Notes: a model not told the origin generated them from the letters alone. A DNA stretch of 63,915 nt, filler included, from Reticulomyxa filosa (GCA_000512085.1; 22 parts of 22 records of this genome joined end to end with filler, not necessarily neighbours in it); one strand, 5' to 3'. Shown: positions 26,358 to 40,375, counted from the whole stretch's first letter. Made by a program: numbers and translations.

Positions 26358-27022
26358 AAAACTTACTCGTATTCACGGAACTGGTGCAAATGCAGGAAAT
26401 TTTAATCGAAAATGGATATTTGGATAAAAATAAACCGGAGACACATATGACGGATGTGCATATTCCCAAAGATATTGACATTCCCCTTGCCCCTGAGTTG
26501 GTGATATTGCGAAGCCGACTCTCTTCTGGTGTGCCTGCAGGTCGGAAATATGAGCCAGTTCTCCCCGCTTGGATGTACATTTATCGCAAATATATTGATC
26601 CCAGAAGCGCACCGTATATGATCAATGTATCCTGGAAGCTGAGGATCACAATGCTGCATCATTATCAGGCCGCCCAAGCATGGTCTCATGCCGCAAACAA
26701 TCGCACTTTGAGAAGTATACGGCAATTCGACGGAGGATTGTCCAATGCTGCAAAGGTCATTTCACCCCATAGCTTTAGTAACAAGTCTGAACAAGTTCAA
26801 GTCGAAATCACTACATCCTCGGCTGAATCTCCATCCGCTCAACAGCAACAGCCATCATCAAAAGAACGACAAGAAGATGAACAATTGTTATCTGATCAAA
26901 TGCTAGAAGAAAATTTCTTGACACTTGTCAAAGATATCAGAGCCATGCTGGACGCTGTCTTTGATGTGATGAAAGACTCTTATTTTAGATTTCAATATTA
27001 TGAAACTGTCTTGAAGGAATGA
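26358..27022 (+). CDS. RGS (regulator of G-protein signalling) domain protein, last exon
   Basis: ENLLVF..., YIYRKYIDPRSAPYMINVS and VMKDSYFRF match the RGS consensus, with long insertions. Confidence 0.85.
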
Positions 27023-27553
27023 CATGCCATCAAACTTTGTCATTTCTGTTTTTAATGTCTGTCTTTTTTTTTCTCTTTTTGTTTCTTGATGTACACATTA
27101 CATATTATCCTCTTATTTTTCTTTTAATAAAGCAGGGCAAGGTGCAATTGCTAAAAAAAAGAAAAAAATTAACTTTTTTTACAATTAAAAATATTTTTTT
27201 TTTAAGATGTATGTCCTACAAAAAAAAAAACTTCCCATTTCGGGGCATTGTATTTTTTGTTTACAAAAATCAAAAGGCACTCCCTTCTTTCAAGTAAACC
27301 AACGTATGCGTAGCTCTAATGCTCCTTCATCTTATCATTTAAACGAACTTTGCAAAGGAAACGCAAAAAGACTAAAGAGTACTTGACATTTGAGTGAAAG
27401 AAAACATTTTTTTTCACTATTCCATATCACGACATTGAATTAAAAAAAAGTATGAAAAACCAAAAGAAAAACAAAAACATAATTTAATAATGTACTTAGG
27501 GGAAAAAAAAAAAGATCAATTAGATTCGGTTTGATCAGAAGTTCGTCCTGAAT

Positions 27554-28165
27554 TCAGGAGTTGGTCTTGTGTTGTCTGTTTGAGAGGCAGCCGTCTTCGA
27601 CGCCCGTAGAAAATGCATCCACCCAAAAGAGCAATTCAACAGCAAGGGGGACAATGACTGCTGCAGCAGTATTACCATTTTTTCCAACGAAAAAAATGGA
27701 AATGTCATACGCACTTAAAATCATTTGTGGCACTAATATGCCGTACTTGCTATCTGCATACTGGATGTAAGTCGCCGCCCAGCAATCGTCCATCAGAAAA
27801 TTTACTCCTATTTCCGCAAAAAAAAGGCATCGATAAAATCACAGCAAATATAAAAAGAAGTCAATTACAATATTACCTAATAATAAACATAGCCATTGTT
27901 CAATGATCGAATTGTCTGAGCTTTGAGTGACACCAATCAAAAATACAATAAAGCACCAAATGCACAACAACAGATGATACTTTTTAAGTCCAAAGAAAAC
28001 TAAAGAAAACAGCACATTGTCAGTTGCACATTTTTGTATGTACTGATCATGTGACAAAGGTGTCGAGACTAGTGGCTCAATAAGTTTAGGCAGAATCTTA
28101 GTGTTCAATAAAAACTCACTGCCGGACAAGATTAAAAAAAAATAAAATGTCCAAAGATTGTCCAT
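27554..28165 (-). CDS. Small multi-pass membrane protein of unknown function (2 exons)
   Basis: A 69-nt GT-AG intron at 27808-27876 joins two hydrophobic ORFs in frame (WLCLLL G|VNFLMDDCW). Confidence 0.45.
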
Positions 28166-29279
28166 TGATGAATACTGCCCATCTTTAAGTTTTCTTGCAA
28201 AATAAAACCAGATATTTCGTAGAAAAAATCGCCTTGAACTCCAAACCTAACTGAAGGCGCCACAACACTAAAAAACTGTTTTGAGGAATTTTGAGTTGTA
28301 ATGTTATGTAGTACTCAATCAGTCATCACAATGTATTATAGTCCGGTGCCAGTAAGCAGCCAACAATCCTACACAAGGTTGTTCTGTAACATAAATATCT
28401 AATGTTTACAACGATAACACTGAAATATTATGAAAATTGTGAAGTGGTTAACCAAAAATACAAAAGTTAAAAAAAAGTGGAAAATGATTGTGTAATTTGT
28501 GTTATATGCACATAATAATGCATAAAAGATCATCTGCTTTCATTAAAATCTAAAATTAGATAAACACACAATACAGATGCTTTGAGTTCGCAAATAATAG
28601 AAATATTTGATAGTATGACTATGAGATCTTCTTGATATAAAATAGTTTAAGTAATATCAAACATCATTCAAAATACACAAGCAAAAAGATAAATAATAAT
28701 TTGTTTTCATTTTTTCAAATGAAGTAAACTTTAAAAATTGAAAAGATTATTAAGTATCGAAAGCGAAATCAAAGATTTTTATTTGATAACAACTAGGACT
28801 TGAAGTTAAATAGATTACATACTATTACAAAAAAGACAAAACAAACGTATATGGTTATGAAAAAGTCACATTTTTGGAAGAAATAAAAGTTAAATTATAT
28901 GTAAGTGATAAAATTCACTTTATGTCAAAAAAAGTACATAATACTATCGATATAGTAGTTTAGAAGAGTAAATGCTAAGTTATGTATTATTATAGTATGT
29001 GTGCTTTGATGCTAAAGACGTTGGACATTCTCGCAAAATTGAAGTAGCGTTAATTGCACAATTTATAAATAAATATTATTTGATGAAATGCTAAAGAGCA
29101 TTTCATACTGATTATATAATAGAAACTGATTGTTTTACAAGATAACTCAAAATGCAACAAATGCAAAGCAGCAAGTAAGTGGATCGAACAAAACAAAATG
29201 AACTTGATTGAGATCAATATAAATTTGCATAATCTAGTCAATAATCAAAGCAAAACTTTACAAATGTGACAAACAAAGA

Positions 29280-29594
29280 CATTACAACAACTACAGAAAA
29301 ATTTGAAAAAAGGAGAAAAAAACATATGCAAAAGCTTAATTAAATGCATGCCAAAACAAATACAAGACATTACCAACACCAAAGGAAAGTTAACGAAGTG
29401 GTAAAAAATATTAATTTTTAAAAGGAAAAATTGAACCTAAAATGGCTTTATTTAAAAGATATTATCATAATTAAAAACTTCAATATTTTAGATATTTTAA
29501 AAAATTTGGAGTAATTGTTTGTCTTCAATGGAGAAAATCAATTATCTTCACAAAGTAGCATTTTAGGTGCTATATTTTTTTGCAAACTACTGTA
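29280..29594 (+). mobile_element. Tc1/mariner remnant: transposase C-terminus and right TIR
   Basis: LIKCMPKQIQDITNTKGKLTKW* matches the Tc1 C-terminal 'L..SMP.R...VI..KG..TKY'. It is followed by gaaaatcaattatcttcac...tttttgcaaactactg|TA, which resembles the TIRs at 45975/46677. Confidence 0.75.
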
Positions 29595-31203
29595 TGTTAT
29601 CACAATTTCCAGTCGTCAAGTATACCTCGTTTATTGGACAGATCTAGCTGCAACTTAATCATAATTACATTTTAAAATTTATTTTAATGAATTGAGGTCA
29701 TTTTTATTTTAAAATAAAATAAGCACAATTGCAAGATTGAATTTGTTCATGATTGATTTACAGCTAACGGATCTGTCAAAAGTTTTCTAAATTGCGATTT
29801 CCGGCACTTTTACTATGTCGGTTTGATTTAACAATATTTACAATATGCTGACATTACCGAGATGGAATTTGTAGAGTTAGCTAAAAAAAAAGATTTAGCC
29901 TCCATTTAATTTAATTCCTTCGCGAATCACTTGATTGACTTTGGTTGTTACGATAATTTTTTTTACGAATTCAATAAAGTTTCAAAAACTGCTAAAAAAG
30001 TATGGTAAAATACAAATATAACTATGTACTTGACTGACGATGACCACACTTGACATGTATTTGACAACGATTAACAAATTCAAAATAACGTAACTTTTGT
30101 GTTATTTAAAAAATTTGAACAGTATTGTAACAGCAAAAATTGATAGAAAATTATTCCACACGGTGCAACAAAATGTAAACTTACATCTATTCGAGCGTTC
30201 AAGCGTTAATATTAGAAATAAAAAGAGAACCTTTTTGAGTCAATCCAATGCACTAACATGCCTTTTTTCTCCTTTTTGATCGCATTGATGCGCCAGACAC
30301 ACAAAAACACTTTGAAAATTTTGCCAAAAAATAAAAAGGAATTACGTAACAAAACAGTTTTGTTTTGAAGTTGAGGTGACAAAAAAGGTATAAAAAAAAT
30401 TCTTCTGTCCAAACAAAAACATATACATTGTCTTTTTCTTTTCATCACTTCGTCTGATTTTTTATAAGTTTGGTTGTGTTCAATGTCGGAGGCATTGCAA
30501 TTGAGCAAGCAACATCTTTGAAAGTCATAGCGTAAAGTCACAACACAAACAAGCTTTTTTTCCAGCCAATAATCATTTGATCGTAATAACTTGACACGAA
30601 GACATGCATGTATGTCAGCAGCTACATTCGCTTGATTGAAGAGTTTGTTTCGTTTCTGCTTGTGTCAGCAGCGATTTTGGTTGGAGAATACGAGATTTAT
30701 TCACTTATTGATGTATATTAATAAAATGTTAGATACAATCTTGCATTAGTATATCATATAGAGAGAAGAGAAATAAAGTTTATAAAACATATATTACTTA
30801 AAATCAAAGACCAGTACTTTGGATATTTGCAAAACAATGAAACAAAGGTCCAATGAAGATCGGCGTTAACTAGAGACTGTTCTAAATTTAAATAAATTGC
30901 TTTTTCACTTGTTGTACATTGGGTCGCATTTTCAATAAATATGATGGACATATAATACTTGTGATGACTTGGCAACAGCTTTGAGAATCTCGGAGCATAT
31001 CAACTATCACAACAAAACCAATGTCAATAATTGTGGAAATCCAAGATTCTTCTTTGGAATAATGTCATCAATAGTATTACTTGTCCATGGCCTTTCATTA
31101 CGANNNNNNNNNNNNNNNNNNNNNNNNNNNNNNNNNNNNNNNNNNNNTTAATTAATTAANNNNNNNNNNNNNNNNNNNNNNNNNNNNNNNNNNNNNNNNN
31201 NNN

Positions 31204-32957
31204 ATGGTGTTCATTTTTATTTTAAAAAACATGTAGTGCAAGAAGAGTTTGTAGATAATATCATATTAACAAGTTTTGTCTAAATGTAAAAAAAGACAAA
31301 AAGAAATCTCAAATCAACAATTACTTTTGTGATATTTTTTAAAAAGTAATTATTGAAAAAAAAAAATAACAATATATGTTCGACAAATTTAATAAAAATG
31401 GATGTGGGTAAAATCTTAAGTAAAGGCTCTAAAACATCAACAGGTTTAATTCCAAAAAGATATTTATACACCAAATGTAAAGGATTTTCTAAGGTCTATA
31501 ATTTTTTTGTAAATAAGGTTAAATTTATTTTATGCAAAATAAAAAAATAGATAGTCAATTATATATAAAAAAACTTTAGGATTGATAGAATTAGTCCAAA
31601 ACCATTCTTGATTAAATAATTTAGAAGGAATTTCTTGTAAAATTTGAACTAAATCATAACGTTGATGAAAAATACAAGCTAAAGAATTTCTACCATCTTG
31701 ATCTTTATGATTCCATAAATACTCTTCTTGTGGTATACTAGATAATAAAGCACCAACACTTCCTTTATTTTTGTTAGATTTTAATCCAAGCATTAATGGA
31801 GTATTACGATGTCTATCTTCTGTAGTCCAAAAGGATTGATTAGATCGTGGAATAAATTCACAAAATACTTGAATGTTTGATTTAGATTGATAATAGCATA
31901 CATAATGTAAAACAGTGCGTGAGTCCTATGATATATACATATATAAAGATATTGTATTTATTAATATTTATGAATATATATACATATATGCATATAATCT
32001 TCTAAACAGTCTGATCTCTTAATAACAATAATCCAGGAATTCTATGTTGTGGAATTAATGTTAAGATATTTTTCAAAATATTTGGTTCAAGCGCTGGCTG
32101 TTTGAGAATTTGAAGAAAGAATGGTTCAATCTTTTTCTGAGTATATTATATAAAGTTATGATTATAAGTAAAATAAATAAATAAAAAGAAAACAAAACAT
32201 CTTCATTATTATTATATCATTATTGTTATTGTTATTATTATTATTAATTATTCATTTGATCAATTGATTGTTGAAGATTTTTAATCAAAAATTCTTGAAA
32301 TTCTATTGGATGATTAACAATCAAAGGTGATAAAAATGAAGATCGAATACCGGCCATTAAAATCTTTTTTTCAATAGATTTAGATTTCATTTTAGATAAA
32401 CATTTAGTAAAAAAATTTTCAATTCGTTCAATTTCATATAATTCATGAATTTTATTTTTATGTTGTAGCATTCGTTTTAATAATATTTGGATCTAATAAA
32501 TTTGTGTTATGGGTATATTTATTTTTTATTTTTTTAAAAAAAATAAATATATATGTATATATATTTGATTTATTTATTTTATCTTACAAAACTTCACCAA
32601 TCAAACTTATTGGCTTCATATTCTCATCATATAATGTTACTATAATATTAAATTTAATATCACTTAATCTTTCTGGAATAATTATACTATCATTCTTAGA
32701 CTCACTTTCATTTGTTTGTGAATTTTTGATTTTTTTTAATGTATCATCAACATATGCTTTATAACCATTTTTAATTCGTAAAATATCAAATTTGACTAAA
32801 TGTTTAGAACCTTTTTGAGTAAATACGCTTTCTTGTTGTTTACAATAAGCTAATAATATTTTAATACCTTGTGACATATCATTAAAATTGTCAAAAGTTA
32901 AAGAGCATCTAAGTAAATCTAATAATTGAGCACTAGTTGGAAATGGGAATCCACTAT
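31204..32957 (-). CDS. RelA/SpoT-like nucleotidyltransferase domain fused to ankyrin repeats (internal exons, both ends missing)
   Basis: Exons 32957-32593, 32492-32199, 32136-32008, 31925-31575 and 31495-~31380 splice in phase 0. Motifs PTSAQLLDLLRCSLTF, ILRIKNGY, SDIKFNIIV, LIGE|IQILL, KNKIHELYEIER. Then ankyrin starts RDQTDSRTVLHY, EDRHRNTPLML, KDQDGRNSLA, TLENPLHL. Two compensating 1-bp indels in an (AAT)n tract near 32215-32246 create apparent stops. Confidence 0.75.
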
Positions 32958-33099
32958 CTGTATTATATAATGTGATATAATATATATTTCAATATATTTN
33001 NNNNNNNNNNNNNNNNNNNNNNNNNNNNNNNNNNNNNNNNNNNTTAATTAATTAANNNNNNNNNNNNNNNNNNNNNNNNNNNNNNNNNNNNNNNNNNNN

Positions 33100-33512
33100 A
33101 AAAAAAATTTTTTTTTTTTTTTTTTGACTGAACTGTCACCCGTTCCACACTTCATATAAATTTGGGTGTTTCTGGGAGTACTACCGCACGCAGCTCCGTT
33201 GTTGTATTCCAAAATCCACCATTTGGTCGATTCGTCGTATACTGCTTCAATGCCACTCTCCCATGTCGCCAACTTGTTGCAGTTGCCGTTGTTGTTCTTT
33301 TGTCCTGCCATCACGTTACCATTGCTTCCGCATGAGTATCCGTTGTAACAAGGCGTCCAATAGTACGTAAATGTGCTTCCGTCGTACCATTGCAACACTG
33401 ACACTGACGACAATTTCAATGTGTAACCGTTGCTCGTATAACTGCAGCTTTGAGACAATGCTCCTTGAAGTAGTGCACAAAGGCCAATCAAAGATAGAAT
33501 TGAAAGCAACAT
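33100..33512 (-). CDS. Secreted/lumenal MRH (mannose-6-phosphate receptor homology) domain protein, 5' partial
   Basis: Signal peptide MLLSILSLIGLCALLQGALS, then C.Y...GY..L, YYWTPC, Q.....C..LA.W, LEYNNG..C...R...I..KC with six cysteines. Confidence 0.75.
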
Positions 33513-34112
33513 TTCGTTGTCTTTCTTTTTATATGATCTGAGCTTTTTCCCCCCCTTTTTTTTTTCACCGAGATTTTACGAACACAAAAAAAAACGCAAG
33601 ATTGTGAGAGCACTTTTTTTTGCATCAATTTAAAAAAATTAAACATTTAAAATTTGTTAAAAGCATTGCAACATCTAAAGAGCAAAAATGTAGAGAAAAA
33701 GATGTACCATATTGTTAAAGAAGACGTAAAACGAAAAAAAGAGTCGTCTACGTGTTTGATTAATCTTTCAAGTGAATAGGTACAAAGGAGGGGGGGGGGG
33801 AAAAGGGGATATTGGATGATGTCGACGGACAAGGCAAGCGAAGGAACAATCAAGGATGCAAAAGAAAAAGACGTCTAAATGTTCCCCAACTAGAATTGTG
33901 TACAACAATAAGGACAGATGAATTAAGTAAAACCTGTACAACCCAAATTTCAAAAAAAAAAAAAAAAAAGAAATTTGAGAAAAGGCGGGAATTGACCGCA
34001 TGAAATTGGACGTTATTACAAAAACAAAGAAAAGAGACATGAGATGAAAATGCAAAGATAAAAGCTGAGCAAAAATTGAAACTCGAAGAAAATGGGAAAA
34101 CTTTGAACAAGA

Positions 34113-34206
34113 TCAGCCGACAACATTAAGAGAGGCCAATGCAGTCGATCTTGGTCTATTATGCCATTTGAACTTATTGACTTCCGCAAGTTTTCTATAT
34201 ATGTAA

Positions 34207-34237
<31 letters not shown>

Positions 34238-35171
34238 GTATATAATAGTATTGGTGTACATGGAAAAGAATAGCAACATATTATATACATATATTATATA
34301 TATATATGTATGTATGTATGTATATATATTGTAACAGCACCTTGTGCCAAATAAAAGTAGAACGCCGAGAATCAAGACGAGTGCGATGCAAGCAACGGCG
34401 AAGGAGATCAAGGCCCATGCCAAATGATAGTTTTCCATGCCGGCCCAGGTGGTGGTGCCCAAGCCGATGGACTTTTTGCCGTGGAAGCGGTCCACGGGGA
34501 ACCACGTCACTGCGGTCACTGTCACAGTATCTCCTTTCGACAAGTCCTGTTTGCGGATCACGCGATGCAGCTTACGAAATTTCGACAGCGCCGCCACTCG
34601 CATCCATACTATCAAATCTTCGTTGATAACTTCGGGCAATCGCAATCCAATTTTTTCCTGTTTTTTTATTATTATTTTAAAAAAAAAAAAAGGGGATTTA
34701 TTTTTTTATTTTTTTTAATTTAATTACATTAAATTAAAATAAACTTTTTTAAAAAAATTTTGTTAAAAAAAAATTGTATTAAAAAAATACGTATACTAAA
34801 CTTGCCACCACCAATTTGTGTATTGGTCTTATTATGTTCAAACTTGGCAGTGAACTTGGCATCAATATCAGAAGACCACGCGATGCCAGTGCCGGACCAG
34901 TTGGGTTCATCGTTCCATTCATCCCAGTGTTGATGCCATAGACTGGCGTTGTTAGGACCATAGTTGACACAGCGTGACGTGCGATTGCACATGTCTTGGC
35001 CGTTCACCGAAATCGCAAACCGATCTGTGAAAAACGAACGCGCAATCAGCCCACACGGCTCCAGCGTCTTGCCTTTGTACTTTTGGATAAATGGCTTGCA
35101 ATTCACTCGTTCTTCGTTCCGTCATCGCGCAATTGGCTGTCGGATTTGCTTTGCAAATATTTGCGCCCATT
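34113..35171 (-). CDS. CDC50/LEM3 family flippase beta subunit (3' partial)
   Basis: NGRKYLQSKSDSQL, PCGLIARSFFTDRF, TGIAWSSD, NEDLIVWMRVAALSKFRKL, FPV..FHGKK...TTW.G.EN, a TM helix, and a last exon RKLAEVNKFKW...* (34194-34113). Small indel near 35105. Confidence 0.92.
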
Positions 35172-35300
35172 CTTTTTTTTTTTTTTTAAAAAAAAAAGGG
35201 NNNNNNNNNNNNNNNNNNNNNNNNNNNNNNNNNNNNNNNNNNNNTTAATTAATTAANNNNNNNNNNNNNNNNNNNNNNNNNNNNNNNNNNNNNNNNNNNN

Positions 35301-35375
35301 AAAAAAAATATTACAAATAAATATTTATTTTTCATGGAAAAAATCAATTATCTTCATAACGTAGTATTTTATGCG
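35301..35375 (+). mobile_element. Partial TIR-like sequence of the Tc1-related family
   Basis: catggaaaaaatcaattatcttcataacgtagtattttatg resembles 29526-29570. Confidence 0.45.
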
Positions 35376-37090
35376 TTGAAAGCAATACATACACGCTGAG
35401 AGGCTTTTTCACAATCTTTTCGAATCTTGTAGCTCTTGCTCATTTAACAAGTTTGGACGTATACAATTGTACAAATGGTTTTTTTTTATTCCTTTTGGGC
35501 CACAAACGAGGCCCGATCGTTGCAATACATTTGAGAAAAAATAGATTGTGCAGTTTGTTCGGACAATGAAATGGGTCGATGAAACCGAAAAGGGAACAAT
35601 GTGTGACATAAAACGTTATTGGGACTGGCAGAAATGATCACAACTGAATATAGAATTGCTCCTAATTTTTGTAATGCAGTTTCGCTTAACAATAGCAAAT
35701 GGAACAGCTTGACAACCTTCTTGGCAGTTTTCAACTTTTTATTTCGAAACACTTGCGTCTTTTCTTTCGTTTGCAACTTTGTCACTCGTGTTCTTTCTTT
35801 CCACCCTTTTGCCAAAACTCGATGCGATACGAACTGGTCTCTTTGCAAATTTCCAGTCGCTTCACCAGTTTTTTGGCATTTTTGAGACTTTCATTTGAAT
35901 ACCCAACAACACTCGATCAATACTTCTCTCCAGTTCCTCGTAACTCATTGTTATGTTGTCCACATGCAACAAAAAAACAGAGTCAGTGGAATATTTTATG
36001 ATGAAATGTCGAAATTCGTAGTAGCATTGATCACAAATAATGAAACAAGTAAAACATCATCAAAAAAACTCCAATGTGCAAAGCTTTTTTCTTTCAGAAC
36101 CGGAGATTCCTATTGTGTCCAAAAAGAAATTTTGGCCAAAATTCAAAATAGCAAATTGACTGCGACCAGCCAGGCATCGACTTTTATTCAATACTCCAAC
36201 TTATGAGCAACCGCTCACTTCCGAAAATGCAAATGAGCGACATATGCATTTGCAGCAATTAGTGGACATTGGCTATCTGTTCAATACTATTGATAGTCAA
36301 CATTTTAAATCTTGTCAATTTTAAACATATCCACTTTTTTTTTGTTGCAGTTGTTTGTTGTTTATTCAATCTTTACTGCAATTTTTAATAAAAATTTCTT
36401 TGATTTATAAAAAAAAATTTTCAAACTTATTCAATTAAAACTGTGCTAACATACGTTATGTCAATCAAATTCCTTATAAATTTCTTCTTTCTAAGAAAAT
36501 AAGTTTTTGTTTTTGTAATTTAAACTTCGAAAGTATGTTATCGATTCAACATATCACAAAAAATAAGATTTGGTCCATTTTGTTCATCAAGATGAATTTT
36601 TATCTAAAGAAAAGTATTAGACACCAAATTTCATTGCTCTTTTGCTTTTAAAGTTTGTTCATACACAAGTAATTGTTATAAAGAAAGAAATAATATTACA
36701 ATCTTAATACATAAAAACTTTGTGTGCAAAAATTATAATAAATAAAAGTTAAAGTCAAAGAAAATTTGTTTCACTATTGGAGGGAAAAAATGAAAGATGA
36801 GCCTAACTCCAATTACAAAATAATAATACATCTCATTAGAAAGATCAAATACTGTTTTTTTAGCCAATCTTCCAGTCTCCCACCTTCCAGTTCAGTGTTG
36901 TGATTATAAAAAAAAAACTAGATCATTTTTTCCAATATTATATCGGCACATTGAACTAATCATACATGTTGGGGAGAGGTTTGGCTTCTCNNNNNNNNNN
37001 NNNNNNNNNNNNNNNNNNNNNNNNNNNNNNNNNNTTAATTAATTAANNNNNNNNNNNNNNNNNNNNNNNNNNNNNNNNNNNNNNNNNNNN

Positions 37091-37690
37091 TACCAATCTC
37101 GGCGACTAAGAGCTGGACTTGTCCCAAATGAAAGCGTTTCACAGCCCCACATCTGTAGTAGTCCAAAACAAAGTACAATTTTGAATCTGGTCGAAATGCC
37201 ATGATTTGAGTACATAGCAACATTATCATTCTCAATGATAAATATTTTTTTTTTCATATAAAAAAAGGGCCAAAAACAAAAGACAACGAGATATTTTCAT
37301 TTTTCAAAGAAAAAGAAAAAAAATAATCTTTACAAAAATAGAATCATAACTAAAAAAAATAAACAAATGCAAAAATTTATTTAATGCATTCAAATAAGCA
37401 TTCCATGTAAATTGCTGATTTGTTATAAAGTTTTAATCTTTATCTATTTAATGTATCAATCATTACCAATGAAATAACTTTTCAAAAGTGTTTTTGAAAC
37501 TCTTTTATATTTCTGAATAAAATAGAATGTATAACAATTTTGAAAAAGAAAAATTTAAATATCATTTATTTTTGTATCTTATTTTGTAATTACATTATAA
37601 AATTTTGATTATAGCATCTTTCTACAAAGTGATTAAATTATCAATACTTACGACAGTTATTTTTATCATAACATTTAACTTGAAATTCAA
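37091..37690 (-). pseudogene. Second copy of the AGC-kinase fragment plus shared upstream non-coding DNA
   Basis: AFRPDSKLYFVLDYYRCG...QVQLLVAEI. Colinear with 8640-9135, including long near-identical non-coding stretches such as tgaaactcttttatatttctgaataaaatagaatgtataacaattttgaaaaagaaa. Confidence 0.88.
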
Positions 37691-40375
37691 TGTCCATATC
37701 AATGGTATAATGACTTTGATGATAACAATCATATTTGGCATATTAAAATATTTAAATAGAGAACGGGGAGCCATTAGTAGTCTTTGGTAGACACACTCCA
37801 GTTTTGTAGTCGAAGAAAAATCCAAGCCCCGCGAATTCACCGTGTGACTCAGACGATTCATTATCCAGTGCTCAATTTGCACAAACTCTACCATTGCCGA
37901 CTTGCTGCATTTCAACGACACTAAGTTCGACAGAAAGTGCACGCCGATGTTCATCAAACACAACAATCCATACAGTCGTCCATTGCAAACGACTGCTTGA
38001 ACGAGAAGATGTCGCGGATCACATTCAACAATATGCAAAAGCCTACGTATCGGGTCTTCTATAATGTTTCGATGAACCGAAAATAAAAATAATTGAGATG
38101 TCTTTTTCCAAAGTGTCGTTATTATTGTCATCATTGTCAACACCATCATCATAGCTGTCATATGGACTCACTTTTTGAATTTCATGCCTCCTTGAAATGG
38201 ACATAGAAGACTGCCTTATCCAAATAGTGACGTTCGTTGCCTCACTGTTCCGATTGTGGACGTAGACATCATTGTAAAGATAGGATTGGTCTAGCCATCC
38301 TGCTTTCAACTTTAACACGTGCAAATGCTGGAACGAGTCGATGATTGCAATCCACCAAAAGGGTAATGTCGCTTTGATTCAATCATTTCAATTCTATTGT
38401 TTTCATGCGCGTTTTCTTGCTGTTATATTGCTGTAGTAGCTTGCATACTTTGAGTTTGTGTGTTCCCATTCCGATGCGATTGTCCTTACATGTTCCATTC
38501 AGCTCTTCGTGATATTTATCGATCAGGTCTTTCACCAGTCACACCATTATTTCATTCGACTTCGCAAGTATCACGCAATTGCCCTTATTGAAATAACAAC
38601 CTCTTCTCACTTTTCTTTCTATCACTAAACATTACAGACGTACTTCATGGCCAAACACTCGATATAAGTTCACATATACTGCTTTCACCACTAATAACTC
38701 ATTATTATATCCACTGATTTTACTTATTTTTTCTTCCAATTCGACTTCAAATCGATCATCACACTATTTCTTTCATTTACGTATGCATAGCTCCCCTACC
38801 TCCCAAAACATACCAAACGCACACCAAGCATACCCCCCAAACAGGACCTTTACTCCTAAAGTGTCGTCCGTATTAGTGCTTAACTGCAAATGTTCTTTTT
38901 GGTTAGCCATGTGAAGCCAAAAATGCTTTTCTTTGGGTCATCTGGAAATGATGAAAAGCTGGAATAGAGCTTTCCTGTGATTCGTTGCATCAACGTGTTG
39001 CTTCGTTTTTTTTGTCTTGCGATCATGTGAGTGTTAAATTTAGGCAGTACTTGTTATACTCGACCTGTCTATTTTTGTTTCAGCTCGTCTAACCAAGATT
39101 TATACACTACATCTTTTTGTTTATTTTTTACGAATAACTTGTACATTCAAAAAACAAACAAACAAACATTCAAGATTCGAATTCATTTTGTTATATGAAA
39201 GGTTTTTTCTGATATAATTTTTGATCAACAAAGGGGCAAAAATTGAAGCACATTTTTACTGTTCCGGAAAGCATGCTATACAACCAAAAGAAGGAGCTTC
39301 AACAGTGATAGTGAATGAATGCACTCGTTCGGGCTTTCTACATAACTTTATTGCTTTTAGTGTGACGATGATTGGATACAATGTATATCTATATCGACAA
39401 TCCTATTTATACGATGTGCAAGACAAACAAGCAGTGGGTATGTTGGGTCTGCGAAAAATGGTCGATAGTGAATTATGCCAACACGTGCTGTGGTCAAACA
39501 GATAATCATTTTGAGACACAAAATTTGGAAGAACTGAAAGCAATTATGCAATACTGTCACGACAACAAATTGAAAATAAAGCCTGTCGGAAAAGGTATCT
39601 ATTTTTACAAAAAAAGTGGAGAAAAAGGAGAAAGGAAAGACATTTTTGGAAAACAAAAGAATATTCAAATTTTTTTAACCTTTGGAGAAAAAAATTTCAA
39701 AATGACGTATACTGTTTTTATTTTATTTTATTTTATTTTTGTTATATCTTTTCCACAACAAAAAAAAGAATGATAAATTAACTTAAAATGAATCGTGTGT
39801 TATGCATCGATGCAAAGAATATGCAAGTGGCAGTGCAAAGTGGTTGTACGGTGCTAAAGGCGATATGTTGGAGAATATTCCATCGATAGTGACGCAGCAA
39901 ATAAGAGTTTTGACGCAAATGAGTGCACACGGAACGGGACTGGACATAGGCCCTCGCGACACGCAAGTGATACCATTGATTGTAAATGATCCGTCCTTGC
40001 GATACGCAGCAGGTGGCATCATACAAACAAGACGACGACAGCTCGAACTTGTTTCCATTTGTTCGTGTGGGCTTGAGTAGATTGGGCGTGGTGACGCAAA
40101 TGACCTTGTAATGCGTGAAGAATTACAAGCTGAATAAAGAAGTGCGCGCCTATTCGCACAAAGAGTTGACGAAGAAGATGGCCAATGACTCGTGGCTGCA
40201 AGCTCACCAGCAAACAACATCTGGACAACCGCAAGGCTTCCATGGACTTGTCGGCTCGTTCATTNNNNNNNNNNNNNNNNNNNNNNNNNNNNNNNNNNNN
40301 NNNNNNNNTTAATTAATTAANNNNNNNNNNNNNNNNNNNNNNNNNNNNNNNNNNNNNNNNNNNNAAAAAAAACGT

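Noticed and set aside
35409-36290. Coding-like region on the minus strand
   Set aside because: Many stops and frame changes and no recognisable motif. Probably another pseudogene, but I cannot support a call.
37740-40264. Several medium ORFs with raised GC
   Set aside because: Fragmented in all frames with no assignable family; counted only as part of the mosaic observation.
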